Of a stretch of 64,000 nucleotides of DNA, positions 25,529 through 34,799 are shown in pieces (position 1 is the stretch's first letter; every line of letters begins with the position of its first letter). The position numbers and the translations under genes were made by a program. Location: positions 8,430-72,429 of the forward strand of contig CAVPDN010000011.1 in NCBI GenBank assembly GCA_963702675.1. Direction: 5' to 3'. The notes under the pieces are model-generated. The model was not told the origin of the DNA. It saw only the letters and a program-made list of their open reading frames with translations, and did no database searches. The DNA is from an uncultured Gemmatimonadaceae bacterium. GTDB lineage: Bacteria; Gemmatimonadota; Gemmatimonadetes; Gemmatimonadales; Gemmatimonadaceae.

Positions 25529-25716
25529 ATCGATCGTTAGTGCGCGCCGATTGTTCTGTTCTCCGCGCCGGCAAAACGCGTCGCCTCGCCGAGCGGGCGA
25601 TACCGCGCGATGTCCGCCATGCGCGCAGCCATGGGGCGATTACGCATGACTCGGTCTCCTGCAAATTGACTGCGATGGTGCCCGTAGGCTGGCGCGAAAG
25701 TTCTTCACGCGTCTGC

Positions 25717-26217
25717 CTAACGACGTGAACCGGGCGAACCTGATTGCGTCCGCACTGCGGCCAGGTAGCGGGCGAGCATCTCGGGATCGTCGATCGACCC
25801 GTGGTGGTGAATTTGGCGCCACCGCCCGTCGGCGCGGCGGAACAGCCGCGTCGTTCGAATGGCAAGCTCGAGGAGCTCGCTGCCGCTCTCGAGCCGTCCA
25901 CGCTCGCGCCCGACGACCCAAAACACATCGCCGCTTCGATGCAGCGTATAATCCCAGAATTCGAATGAGTATGCACCTGGTGTGTCGAACAGACGCTCGT
26001 ACGTTTGCCTGATTTGCGTCCAGCCGCGCTTGATACCGCCGAGCGGATTGTCCATTGCTGCTTCAGCCGATCCGTCCCAGTTCTGCTCCATGAGCGCCAG
26101 GTCGCGCGCGTTGATCGCCTTGTAGAATTGTGCCAAGGCCTCAAGAGGCTCAGTGAGTTGGCCCAAGTCTTCCCGACCGGTCACAGGTGCTTGGATCGTA
26201 GGGAAAGCGACTGACAT
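25717..26217 (-). CDS. SnoaL-like / NTF2-fold family protein
   Basis: FYKAINARDLALMEQNWD ... DGRWRQIHHHGS. Strong SD (GAGGAGGAAACC) before ATG 26217. The stop TAG lies inside a GTTAGGC heptamer. Confidence 0.65.
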   Translation of the reverse strand: MSVAFPTIQAPVTGREDLGQLTEPLEALAQFYKAINARDLALMEQNWDGSAEAAMDNPLGGIKRGWTQIRQTYERLFDTPGAYSFEFWDYTLHRSGDVFWVVGRERGRLESGSELLELAIRTTRLFRRADGRWRQIHHHGSIDDPEMLARYLAAVRTQSGSPGSRR

Positions 26218-26378
26218 GGTTTCCTCCTCTTGGCCTGGGTTCGAGGGCGGTCGAGTGCTCTGACGAGTAGCCTGAAATGCGTCCCGCGATTTCGCTTGTG
26301 CAGACGCAAGTTGCATGCGGTCCAAGCGAACGGTTGTGCATGCGGCCGGACCGAGACGTCAACACGGAGCAGGTCGTT

Positions 26379-26765
26379 ATGGCCATCGAACATGTGCAGC
26401 ACGCCACGTTCGTTTTTGAACGTACGAGCAAAGCGCCGGTCGAGCGCGTCTTCGCGGCGCTGGCCAATCCGGTCGAGCGCGCGCAGTGGGGCGTGCCATC
26501 CGAAAAGGCCGCGCTCGTGTACGACCGCGCCGACTTTCGAGAGGGCGGCGAGGACGTGTTTCGCTGCGGACCAAAGGAGAATCCGCAGTATCGCGGCGTG
26601 ACGACCTATCTCGACATCGTGCCGAACGAGCGCGTCGTTGGACAATCTGGTGAAGGCATTGGGCTAACGGGGAGCGGGGAGTATTGTGAGGCCCGCGCCG
26701 TTCTCGCCCGCTTCGACACGCACTCCGATCACGTCGACGTGGTGGACCGACGGACGCAGCCGTAG
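26379..26765 (+). CDS. SRPBCC (AHSA1-like) family protein, possibly C-terminally corrupted
   Basis: FVFERTSKAPVERVFAALANPVERAQW...FRCGPKENPQYRGVTTYLDIVPNERVV is typical. The tail after ~26640 looks non-homologous and short. Confidence 0.55.
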   Translation: MAIEHVQHATFVFERTSKAPVERVFAALANPVERAQWGVPSEKAALVYDRADFREGGEDVFRCGPKENPQYRGVTTYLDIVPNERVVGQSGEGIGLTGSGEYCEARAVLARFDTHSDHVDVVDRRTQP

Positions 26766-26825
26766 GGGAATCGGCGCTGTTGTGTTGCATGCAGGGCAGG
26801 GACTCAGCGCCGGCCGGTGACCGCG

Positions 26826-27347
26826 TCAGAGCTCCGGCCACGACTCCATGTTGGCGTGCATCGGACACTCGTCGCCCGGGCAGACGTTGAAATCGCACAG
26901 ACGGCAGAAGTGACTCACCCCGTACGCGTCCTTGCCTAACGGACGCATGAGTTTTTCGAGGAGCCGCGCGAACTGCTTTTCCTCGGCGGCCGAGAGCGCA
27001 TTGAGATAGCCCTTCACGGCCGCGCACCGCGCCACCAGCACGGGCTGCACGGCTTTGCGCCCCGCCGACGTGAGGTGGAGATGCGTCGCCCGCTTGTCCT
27101 CACCCGCGCGTGCCTCGACATAGCCCTGCGCCTCGAGCTTGTCGACCAAGCGCACCGTGGCCGTGTGTGAGAGATCGAGGGCGCGCGCGAGCTGCGCGTT
27201 GGTGATGCCCTCCCAGTAGCTCATGATGTTGAGCGCGGCGAAGGCCGAGTCGGTCTGATTGGGATGGTCCTTGAGCGCCGCGGTCGCGCGTTCCGTGATT
27301 TCGCCGGCGAAGGCGGCCAGCATGTTGGCGGTTCGTAAGCGGGTCAT
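26826..27347 (-). CDS. MarR family transcriptional regulator with Cys-rich C-terminal extension
   Basis: wHTH ITNAQLARALDLSHTATVRLVDKLEAQGYV. C-terminal CRLCDFNVCPGDECPMH. Confidence 0.82.
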   Translation of the reverse strand: MTRLRTANMLAAFAGEITERATAALKDHPNQTDSAFAALNIMSYWEGITNAQLARALDLSHTATVRLVDKLEAQGYVEARAGEDKRATHLHLTSAGRKAVQPVLVARCAAVKGYLNALSAAEEKQFARLLEKLMRPLGKDAYGVSHFCRLCDFNVCPGDECPMHANMESWPEL

Positions 27348-27371
27348 GGGGCCAAGTTAATCAAGAGGGGG

Positions 27372-27400
27372 TTGACAGCGGCAGAGTGCCTTCCTAAATA
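27372..27400 (+). promoter_or_regulatory. sigma70-like promoter for the DUF417-MFS operon
   Basis: TTGACA (27372-27377), 17-nt spacer, TAAATA (27395-27400), ~50 nt upstream of ATG 27452. Confidence 0.55.
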
Positions 27401-27422
27401 TGTGCGTGTAGCACGCACATAT
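27398..27422. promoter_or_regulatory. perfect 11-bp inverted repeat operator (probable MarR site) overlapping the -10
   Basis: ATATGTGCGTG-TAG-CACGCACATAT, between the divergent marR-like gene and the DUF417-MFS operon. Confidence 0.6.
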
Positions 27423-27451
27423 CAAGTCACCTTCACGGGAGGGACCGCGAG

Positions 27452-27949
27452 ATGACCCCGTTACAGAAATGGACCGTGCCGGCAGGGCAGGTGGTTGCCC
27501 GCTACAGTGTCGCGATGTTCTTCGTGGCGTTCGGCCTGACCAAGTTCACGGCGGCCGAGGCCGCGACGATTCATCCGCTGCTCGTCCACAGCCCGTTCCT
27601 GTTTTGGCTCCCGGGACTGTTCGGGCAGCAGGTGTCGTCCGAGATTATCGGCGTCATCGAGATCGTGATGGGTCTGCTGATGGCGTCGCGCCGGTTTTCA
27701 CCGCGACTCTCGGCCATCGGCAGTTTAGGTATCACGGGCTCCCTGGTGATGACGCTGAGCTTCCTCTTCACCACACCGCATCTCGATCCGGCGCTCGCCA
27801 GCTTCATCGTCAAGGATGTGACCTTGCTCGGCGTCTCGCTCTGGTCGTTCGGCGACGCATTGCAGGCGGCATCGCAATCGACTCGACGCGACCGTGTGGC
27901 ACCCCGCGCTGCCGTGCGTGGTGCACGTGCCATGGTGAACGCGCAATGA
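27452..27949 (+). CDS. DUF417 (YkgB/RclC-like) inner-membrane protein
   Basis: Four TM helices. ARYSVAMFFVAFGLTKFT..EA..I.PLL..SP and FIVKDVTLLGVSLWSFGDAL resemble the YkgB family. Confidence 0.6.
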   Translation: MTPLQKWTVPAGQVVARYSVAMFFVAFGLTKFTAAEAATIHPLLVHSPFLFWLPGLFGQQVSSEIIGVIEIVMGLLMASRRFSPRLSAIGSLGITGSLVMTLSFLFTTPHLDPALASFIVKDVTLLGVSLWSFGDALQAASQSTRRDRVAPRAAVRGARAMVNAQ

Positions 27950-29487
27950 CCGCGTCCGTTGGTGCAGGGCAGGCGACGCGCCGCGAGTGGATCGGTCTCG
28001 CCATCATCGCGCTGCCCTGCATCGTCTACGGGATGGACCTCACGGTCCTGAATCTCGCGGTGCCGTCCATCAGCGCCGCGCTCAAGCCCACGGCAGCGCA
28101 GCTCCTGTGGATCGTCGACGTGTACGGGTTCCTGGCCGCCGGATCGCTGCTGATCATGGGCACGCTCGGCGACCGGATCGGCAGGCGAAAGCTGTTGCTC
28201 ATTGGCTCGGCGTGCTTCGGAGTGCTGTCTGTCGTTGCCGCTTTTTCGCGCAGTGCGCCGATGCTCATTGCCGCCCGCGCGGCGCTCGGAGTTGCCGCGG
28301 CGACGATGGCGCCGTCCACGCTCTCGCTCATCAGCAACATGTTCCGTGACGACCGCGAGAAGACGTTCGCGGTGAGCGTGTGGATCGCCAGCTACTCGTT
28401 CGGCGGCGCGATCGGTCCGGCTATCGGCGGCCTCATTCTCGCCCATTTCTGGTGGGGCGCGGCGTTTCTCGCGCCCGTTCCGGTGATGGCACTCTTGATG
28501 ATCGTTGGGCCGACGCTGCTGCCCGAGTACAAAGCTCCGACCGCCGGGCGCCTCGACCTTGTGAGCGCGGGCTTGTCGCTGGCCTCTGTGCTGCCGGTGA
28601 TTTACGGGGTCAAGCTGGCCGCCCAGGGCGGCAGCGGCAGCGAGTCCGTCGGCGGCATAGTGTTAGGCGTGGTGTTAGGCGTGCTCTTCGTGCGGCGGCA
28701 ATCGCGTCTCGCGCTCCCGCTCCTCGATCTGCGCCTGTTCAGGCGCCCCGCCGTGACGGCCGCGCTCGCCATTTACCTCGCCGACTTTTTCGTCGGATTC
28801 GGCGTCCTCGTGCTGTTCGCGCAATATCTCCAACTGGTGTTGGGACTGTCGCCGCTCGCAGCCGGGCTCTGGAGCACGCCGGGCGGGTTCGGGTTCGCGG
28901 TCGGGTCGATGGCCACGTCCCGTGCCCTTCGTCTCATGCGCCCGGCCCACGTCCTCGGCGCCGGCCTAACGTTAGGCGCGGTGGGGATGGCGGCGATGGC
29001 GCTGGGCGCCGGCGCGCAGAGCCTGACGCTGGTCATCGGCGGCGACGTCCTGTTCGCGCTCGGGGTTGCGCCGTGCACCGCCATCATCGCCGATCTCGTG
29101 GTCAGCGCCGCCCCGGTGGAGCAGTCCGGTGCCGCCGCCGCGCTGAGCGAGGTGGCGTCCGAATTCGGCGGCGCCATGGGCATCGCGCTCCTCGGCAGCC
29201 TGGCAACCCTCGCCTACCGGTCGGCCTTGAGCGCGTCTCTGCCTAACGGACTGCCCGCCGGCGTCGTGGAAACGGCGATGCGCGGCATTGGCGACGCGGC
29301 CAGCCTGCCGCGCAATTTCCCCGGCGCCGCCCAGCTGTTTTCGGCGATACGAGACGCCTACATCGGCGCGACGCAGATTGCGTTTTGGACGGCCGCAGGA
29401 CTGATGCTCGCGGCGGCGATCGGAGCAACGATTGTGTTCGGGAAGCGCCCACCGACGACGGGGAACCAACGCCTGGAGGCGTCTTAG
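27946..29487 (+). CDS. MFS transporter, DHA2 (EmrB/QacA, 14-TMS) family
   Basis: WIGLAIIALPCIVYGMDLTVLNLAVPSI, GTLGDRIGRRKLLLIG. ATGA overlap with the upstream gene. The upstream part of ORF 27469-29487 is out-of-gene read-through. Confidence 0.85.
   Translation: MTASVGAGQATRREWIGLAIIALPCIVYGMDLTVLNLAVPSISAALKPTAAQLLWIVDVYGFLAAGSLLIMGTLGDRIGRRKLLLIGSACFGVLSVVAAFSRSAPMLIAARAALGVAAATMAPSTLSLISNMFRDDREKTFAVSVWIASYSFGGAIGPAIGGLILAHFWWGAAFLAPVPVMALLMIVGPTLLPEYKAPTAGRLDLVSAGLSLASVLPVIYGVKLAAQGGSGSESVGGIVLGVVLGVLFVRRQSRLALPLLDLRLFRRPAVTAALAIYLADFFVGFGVLVLFAQYLQLVLGLSPLAAGLWSTPGGFGFAVGSMATSRALRLMRPAHVLGAGLTLGAVGMAAMALGAGAQSLTLVIGGDVLFALGVAPCTAIIADLVVSAAPVEQSGAAAALSEVASEFGGAMGIALLGSLATLAYRSALSASLPNGLPAGVVETAMRGIGDAASLPRNFPGAAQLFSAIRDAYIGATQIAFWTAAGLMLAAAIGATIVFGKRPPTTGNQRLEAS
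28660..28683 (+). repeat. tandem 12-mer carrying two heptamer copies
   Basis: GTGTTAGGCGTG x2 encoding VLGVVLGV inside the MFS gene. Confidence 0.9.
28964..28977. repeat. perfect 14-bp palindrome made of two abutting heptamers
   Basis: GCCTAACGTTAGGC encoding G-L-T-L-G inside the MFS gene. Confidence 0.9.
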
Positions 29488-29520
29488 GGAAACGCTGCGC
29501 TTGGGGAATTGGGAACGGGT
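29485..29520 (+). repeat. REP-like element, degenerate copy C
   Basis: TAGGGAAACGCTGCGCTTGGGGAATTGGGAACGGGT, beginning with the MFS TAG stop. Confidence 0.65.
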
Positions 29521-29553
29521 CAGGAGACAAAGCGCGCGCAGCTCGCCTAAAGA

Positions 29554-29949
29554 TCAGCGAGCCACTTGCGATTCGGTCGCATCGCAGATGAATACCCGAA
29601 CCTCGACCAGCTTCGTGCCGGTGAAGCGGAAACGCTCGGCGATGTGCATCGTGATGTCGCGCCCGGCCACCCGGACCGCGGAGGTCGAGAAGACGATGTC
29701 GCCGTCGGCGACGACATCGATGAGCGTCCAGGTCTCGAAGTCATAGTAGGTGCGGACTTTGGCGTAGAAGCGCTTGAAGTCTTCGAGGCCCTTGTACGTT
29801 CCGCCGAACGGCAGCGATGCCGGCTCGTGCATCACCAGATCGGGGTCGACGCGGTCGGGATAGTCCTCGAGTCGTTTCTTCTCGCCTAACATCTCGGCGA
29901 TGAAGGCCCGATTGCGATCGGTTGTCGTTTCGGTATGCGTTTCGGTCAT
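29554..29949 (-). CDS. SnoaL-like ester cyclase / NTF2-fold family protein
   Basis: NRAFIAEMLGEKK...DLVMHEP...GGTYKGLEDFKRFY...FRFTGTKLVEVRVF. ATG at 29949. Confidence 0.65.
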   Translation of the reverse strand: MTETHTETTTDRNRAFIAEMLGEKKRLEDYPDRVDPDLVMHEPASLPFGGTYKGLEDFKRFYAKVRTYYDFETWTLIDVVADGDIVFSTSAVRVAGRDITMHIAERFRFTGTKLVEVRVFICDATESQVAR

Positions 29950-30074
29950 GTGCTCACCACGCGCTGCGCGCCGTTGGGCACGCAGCCACGGGGAAGCCGA
30001 ATGCGTGCCGGAACGCGGTGGAGCAGGGCAAACGCCGGGCCGCTCAGGCGCAGAAGCGCAGGAACACCGGAACA

Positions 30075-30148
30075 GGGAACGGGGAAGGGCGTCGCCGCCG
30101 CTTCCCCGTTCCCGTGTCCCCAAGCGCGCGCGAGCGCGCGCTTCCCTA
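30075..30148 (-). repeat. REP-like element, copy D (two perfect hairpins)
   Basis: On the minus strand it follows the TAG of the Zn-ribbon gene: TAGGGAAGCGCGCGCTCGCGCGCGCTTGGGGACACGGGAACGGGGAAG-13nt-CTTCCCCGTTCCC. Stems are 30122-30130/30135-30143 and 30075-30087/30101-30113. Confidence 0.85.
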
Positions 30149-30496
30149 GTCCGTGTAGTAGATGAACCGCCCGCAGCTCTCGCAATTCCGGAGCTCGCTG
30201 TTGCGGTCCTGGTCGTGCCCCTTGCTCGTGGGCACGTGCACGAAGCACCCGTAGCAGACGCCGTTCAACACCGGCGCCACCACCCGCTCGTGACGCTTGA
30301 GGATCCGGCGATACGAGGTTTGGGTCCGCGGCGACAGCTGGTCCTCACGCTCCGTGATGCGCTCGCCTAACCGAGCGCTGAATTCGTCCACGTCCACCGG
30401 AATGCCCGCGGCCGCATACTCCGCCACCGTAATGTCCCGCTTCAACGTTTGTAAGTCTTGTATCTCGAGCAAAATCTCGAGCTCGGCGTGCAACAT
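30146..30496 (-). CDS. C4-type zinc-ribbon domain protein (COG1579-like)
   Basis: Coiled-coil N-terminus and C-terminal CYGC...CESCGRFIYY zinc ribbon. Confidence 0.65.
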   Translation of the reverse strand: MLHAELEILLEIQDLQTLKRDITVAEYAAAGIPVDVDEFSARLGERITEREDQLSPRTQTSYRRILKRHERVVAPVLNGVCYGCFVHVPTSKGHDQDRNSELRNCESCGRFIYYTD

Positions 30497-30948
30497 CAGA
30501 CACCCTTCTCCTCCAGCAAGGTCAGGAACTGCCCTGGCTGCGACAACGACAACAAGCGCTGCGGCACGTCCGGCTCCTTGCTGAACTGCGCGATCTTCCC
30601 CAACACGGGGAGATACTGGTTAGACACCTCGAGGGGCGGTGCCACAATGAGAAAGAAAAAGAAAACCGGCTTCTCGTCGATCGCCTTGAAATCGACGCCA
30701 GCCGGTTTGCGCCCAAACGCGACGCGAAGCTTGTTGACGACCAGTGAACGGCAGTGCGGAATCGCGATCCCGCGGCCAATCCCGGTCGATCCAAGGTTCT
30801 CACGCCGCTTGAGCATCTTGTACAGCATGCCCTCTGCCTTCTCGTCCAACTTGAGAAGCGAGATCAGTTCCTTCAGGATGTCATCCTTGGCGCTCCCCTC
30901 GAGCCCCAACTTGATCCCGTCTTCGGTAAAGAATTGGCGTAATTCCAT
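30496..30948 (-). CDS. ptsN: PTS EIIA-Ntr type nitrogen regulatory protein
   Basis: LGSTGIGRGIAIPHCR (phospho-His region), FFFFLIVAP. GC visibly lower than in the neighbouring genes. Confidence 0.85.
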   Translation of the reverse strand: MELRQFFTEDGIKLGLEGSAKDDILKELISLLKLDEKAEGMLYKMLKRRENLGSTGIGRGIAIPHCRSLVVNKLRVAFGRKPAGVDFKAIDEKPVFFFFLIVAPPLEVSNQYLPVLGKIAQFSKEPDVPQRLLSLSQPGQFLTLLEEKGV

Positions 30949-31082
30949 CTATCTCCCCAAGAGCGAATATCGAGATCGGATTTGGCCGCGTCGTCGCGGG
31001 AAACCTTGCAACTTACCCCGCGCGCAAAACAGTGTCAAATAACGACGTTGCATGGAGTTGCCGGTCACAGTAACTTCAATCA

Positions 31083-32108
31083 ATGGCATTCCCATATTCC
31101 ACCGCGTTCCCGGTGCCGCTGTACCTCGCACCAATGGCCGGCGTGTCGGAGTCGCCCTTCCGGCAACTCTGCCGCCGCTTCGGCGCGGACGTGGTGGTCA
31201 CCGAGTTCCTCTCGGCTGAAGGGATCCGGCGAGAAATCCCGGCCACGCTCGACAAACTTCGATTCGGCCCCGCCGAACGCCCCATCGGCGTGCAGATCTT
31301 CGGCGCCGACCCCGACGCCATGCGCGAGGCCGCATCGCTCGTGACCGACGTGTTCGCGCCGGAATTCATCGACATCAACTTCGGATGCCCGGTGAAGAAA
31401 GTCGTGAAGCGCAATGGCGGCTCCGGCTGCCTCAAGGATCTGGCGTTGGTCACCGACGTCATCCGTGCCGTCATCGCCGGCACGCACTTGCCGGTCACGG
31501 TCAAGATTCGAAGCGGTTGGAACGAGGAGATGCGCGACCCCGTGTCCATCGCGCTCCGTTGTCAGGACGCCGGCGCCCGTGTCCTAACGCTGCATCCGCG
31601 CACACGCGCGCAGATGTACTCGGGCGACGCGCGCTGGGAGGAGATCGCGGCCGTTGCGGCGGCGCTCGAGATTCCCGTCCTCGGCAACGGCGACATCAAG
31701 ACGGCCGAGGACGCCGTGCGCATGCATCGCGAGACCGGCTGCGAGGGCGTGATGATCGCGCGCGGCTCATTTGGCCAACCATGGGTGTTCAATCAGGCGC
31801 GCGCGCTCTTGCAAGGACTGCCGATGCCGCCGGCGCCGCCGGTCGAAGAGCGGTTCGCGATCGCGTCCGAGCACGCACGGATGGCCGCGTCGTACGAAAA
31901 CGACCCGCGCGGCGCAGCGATCGAATTCCGCAAGCACCTCGGTTGGTACGTGAAGGGGCTGCCGGGCTCTGCCGATCTCAGGCGCAAGCTGCACCTGGTG
32001 GAGTCGCTGTCGGCCGTCGACGAGATCTTTGGCGAATATCTGGCAGCACGCGCACGCGGCGACGTCGCCCCCTCCGACGGTGAGGCCGAGGAGGCCCGGG
32101 CGGCGTGA
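31083..32108 (+). CDS. dusB: tRNA dihydrouridine synthase B
   Basis: LAPMAGVSESPFR, DINFGCPVKKV, VTVKIRSGW, LTLHPRTR, GNGDI. Confidence 0.9.
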   Translation: MAFPYSTAFPVPLYLAPMAGVSESPFRQLCRRFGADVVVTEFLSAEGIRREIPATLDKLRFGPAERPIGVQIFGADPDAMREAASLVTDVFAPEFIDINFGCPVKKVVKRNGGSGCLKDLALVTDVIRAVIAGTHLPVTVKIRSGWNEEMRDPVSIALRCQDAGARVLTLHPRTRAQMYSGDARWEEIAAVAAALEIPVLGNGDIKTAEDAVRMHRETGCEGVMIARGSFGQPWVFNQARALLQGLPMPPAPPVEERFAIASEHARMAASYENDPRGAAIEFRKHLGWYVKGLPGSADLRRKLHLVESLSAVDEIFGEYLAARARGDVAPSDGEAEEARAA

Positions 32109-32863
32109 GACGCGAGCGCGTTCTGGCGCTCTTGCGCCAGGTCGCGTCCGGCGAGGTCGACGCCCAGGCGGCACTCGGTGCGTTAGGCGCGCTCGCGCTG
32201 CCGCCCACCGAATCGCTCGGCTTCGCCACGGTCGACCATCACCGCGCGCTTCGGCAGGGTTATCCCGAAGTCATCTTCGCGGCCGGCAAGACGACCGAGC
32301 AGGTGGTGGCCATCGCCGAGCGCATCGCCGAGCGCGGGGACGGCGTGCTGGCGACGCGTCTCGCGCCCGACATGCACGCTCCCCTCGCCGAGCGCTTCCC
32401 GGCGGTCGAGATCAACGCGCTCGGCCGCACGGCGTTTGTGGCGCCTAACACACCGCCGCCCGTGGGCCGCGGCACCGTGCTCATCATTACCGCCGGCACG
32501 AGCGATCTGCCCGTGGCCGAAGAAGCATCGGTCACCGCGCACGCGTTGGGGAATACGGTGGAGCGGCTCACCGATGTCGGCGTGGCAGGGCTCCACCGAC
32601 TCCTCTCGCAGAGCCGCGTCCTCGAAGACGCCGCCGTGATCATCGTGGTGGCCGGGATGGACGGCGCGCTGCCGTCGGTGGTGGGCGGACTGGTGCCGGT
32701 CCCGGTGATCGCGGTGCCGACGAGCGTCGGGTACGGAGCGAGCTTCGGCGGCGTGGCCGCGCTCCTCTCCATGCTCAATAGTTGCGCCTCGGGCGTGACG
32801 GTCGTCAACATCGACAATGGGTTCGGAGCGGCGTTCGCGGCATCGCGAATCACGCACGCCTAA
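32105..32863 (+). CDS. larB: nickel-pincer cofactor biosynthesis protein LarB (PurE-like)
   Basis: GFATVDHHRALRQGYPEVIFAAGKTTEQ, ITAGTSDLPVAEEA, VVAGMDGALPSVVGG. GTGA overlap with dusB. The stop TAA lies inside GCCTAAC. Confidence 0.82.
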   Translation: MRRERVLALLRQVASGEVDAQAALGALGALALPPTESLGFATVDHHRALRQGYPEVIFAAGKTTEQVVAIAERIAERGDGVLATRLAPDMHAPLAERFPAVEINALGRTAFVAPNTPPPVGRGTVLIITAGTSDLPVAEEASVTAHALGNTVERLTDVGVAGLHRLLSQSRVLEDAAVIIVVAGMDGALPSVVGGLVPVPVIAVPTSVGYGASFGGVAALLSMLNSCASGVTVVNIDNGFGAAFAASRITHA

Positions 32864-32909
32864 CCCACAATCCGCACCACATCCGCCGACTCAGTCCCCC
32901 GAGAGACAC

Positions 32910-34722
32910 GTGCCTTCTCGCATCGGCGCGCTCGCACTCTCGGTCGCGCTGACCATCCTTGCCACGAGCGCGGCGCGATCCCCGATCGCGGCGCTCCTGG
33001 CATGTCTCATCGCCGTGCTGGCCTGGCGGGCCGGCGGTCTCTACGCGATCGCCGTCGCGGTCGCATCGCTCCCCATCCTGGTGCACTTCGACCCGTTCCT
33101 CGCCGCGCTCTCGTCGGGTGCACGGTGGGAGCGGCTGGTGATGCTGTTCGCCGCCGGTACCGCGACGGGTCTCATCGCCCACCAGGCGACGCATGCCGGC
33201 GATGCGGATCCGTGGGGCGGCAACAATCCCGGACTGCCGTTGGCGTCGCGCACGCCATCCGTCGAACGCCTCATGCGCGACCATGCCCTGGGTCGCGCCG
33301 TCGAGCGCGACGTGATCGAGCGGTTGCTCACCGATGCCCAGCAATCGTTGGGCGCGGACGAGGTGACGCTGTGGCTGCGCGTCGACGAAGGGGCCGCGCG
33401 TCCGCTGCTCACGATGCCGCCCGCCGCCCAACGGGAGCGCCGTACCGATCCGCCGGCGCACGCGCTCGTGGAATGGTGCGTCGAGCAGGGGATCGTGACG
33501 GCCAATCAAGACACCGACACGGCGGGACTCATCGTCGCGCCCGTGGGCGCGGCGTACGACGACCGTCCCGGCGGCGCGCTCACGCTCTACGCCGCCGACC
33601 GGAGCCGGCTCTCGCCTACCGTTAGGCATGACCTGGCGGCGCACGCGGCGCGGTTGGGCGCGCTGCTGGGCCTGCTCCGCGATGGACGGGAAACGCGGCA
33701 GTACCGTGGGAAAGCGGAGCTGCTGGCGCGAGCGGCCGAGCGCGTCCAGAGCAGCCACGACATCGCGGGCCTGGGCCACGCGATCTGCGACGCGGCGCTC
33801 GAGGTGACGGGCGCGACGCGCGCGGCCTTCGTGGTGTGGGACCAGCGCGAGAGCACCGGGACCGTGACCAGCGTCTCCATGGGACATGCGGTACCGGAAG
33901 GATTCGAGGTGGCGCCGTCTTCTTTCGTCGGCACGTCATGCCGCGAGCGGCAGCGCTTCACGTTGAGCGAGGTGGACGCGTCATCGGGCTACAGCGTGTT
34001 CGGCGAGGGCGAGCCATCGCGACGGCTGGGGTCGCTGGCGGTCGTCCCGCTGCACCGCGACAGCCGGTCGTTAGGCGCGATCGCCGTGGAAGGCGACGAG
34101 GCGGGACAGCTGACGGCGGTCGAGTCGTCGCTCCTGCTCCTCTTGTCGTCCGTGTCGTCGGCGGCGTTCGTGAACGTGCGCAGCTTGGAGCGGGCGACGG
34201 TCGAATCGCGCACCGACCCGCTCACGCATTCTCGCCAACCGGCGCGTGTTCGACGAGCGGCTCAGGCAGCACCTGGCCGAGTGCGATCGTACGGGACAGG
34301 CGCTGTCGCTCATTCTCGCCGACCTCGATCACTTCAAGCAGATCAACGACACGTACGGGCACACGGCAGGCGATCGAGTGCTGGCGGCAGTCGCGGCGGG
34401 TGCCAAGCGTGCGATTCGGAACATCGATCTCTGCACGCGCTATGGCGGCGAGGAGCTGGCGATTCTGTTGCCACAGACGTCTATGGAGCGGGCCCGGGAA
34501 GTGGCCGAACGTCTGCGCCGCTCGTTCGAGGCGGCTCGCGTGGAAGTGGACGGGCGTGTGATCGCGGTGACGGCGTCGTTCGGTGTCGCGAGCTTCCCGA
34601 CGAGCACGGGTCGGCACGACTCGCTCTTCTCGTCGGCGGACAAAGCGCTGTACGAGGCCAAGCGCGCTGGTAGAAATTGCGTGAAGTGTGCCGCCGAAAA
34701 TACCATGGCGGCAAGGCCTTAG
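32910..34722 (+). pseudogene. membrane-anchored GAF-GAF-GGDEF diguanylate cyclase, one frameshift near 34225
   Basis: N-terminal TM helices and GAF-like regions. RTDPLT | ILANRRVFDE junction. DLDHFKQINDTYGHTAGD and RYGGEELAILL (GGEEL) lie in ORF 34246-34722. Confidence 0.8.
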
Positions 34723-34759
34723 CAAAGCATGAAATCGGCGCACAGTCTGCCGATGTGCA

Positions 34760-34788
34760 TTGACCGCGCGCACCGACTGTTCTACATT
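34760..34788 (+). promoter_or_regulatory. sigma70-like promoter of ssrA
   Basis: TTGACC (34760-34765), 17 nt, TACATT (34783-34788), 11 nt before the tmRNA 5' end. Confidence 0.55.
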
Positions 34789-34799
34789 TTGTGGTGAAG

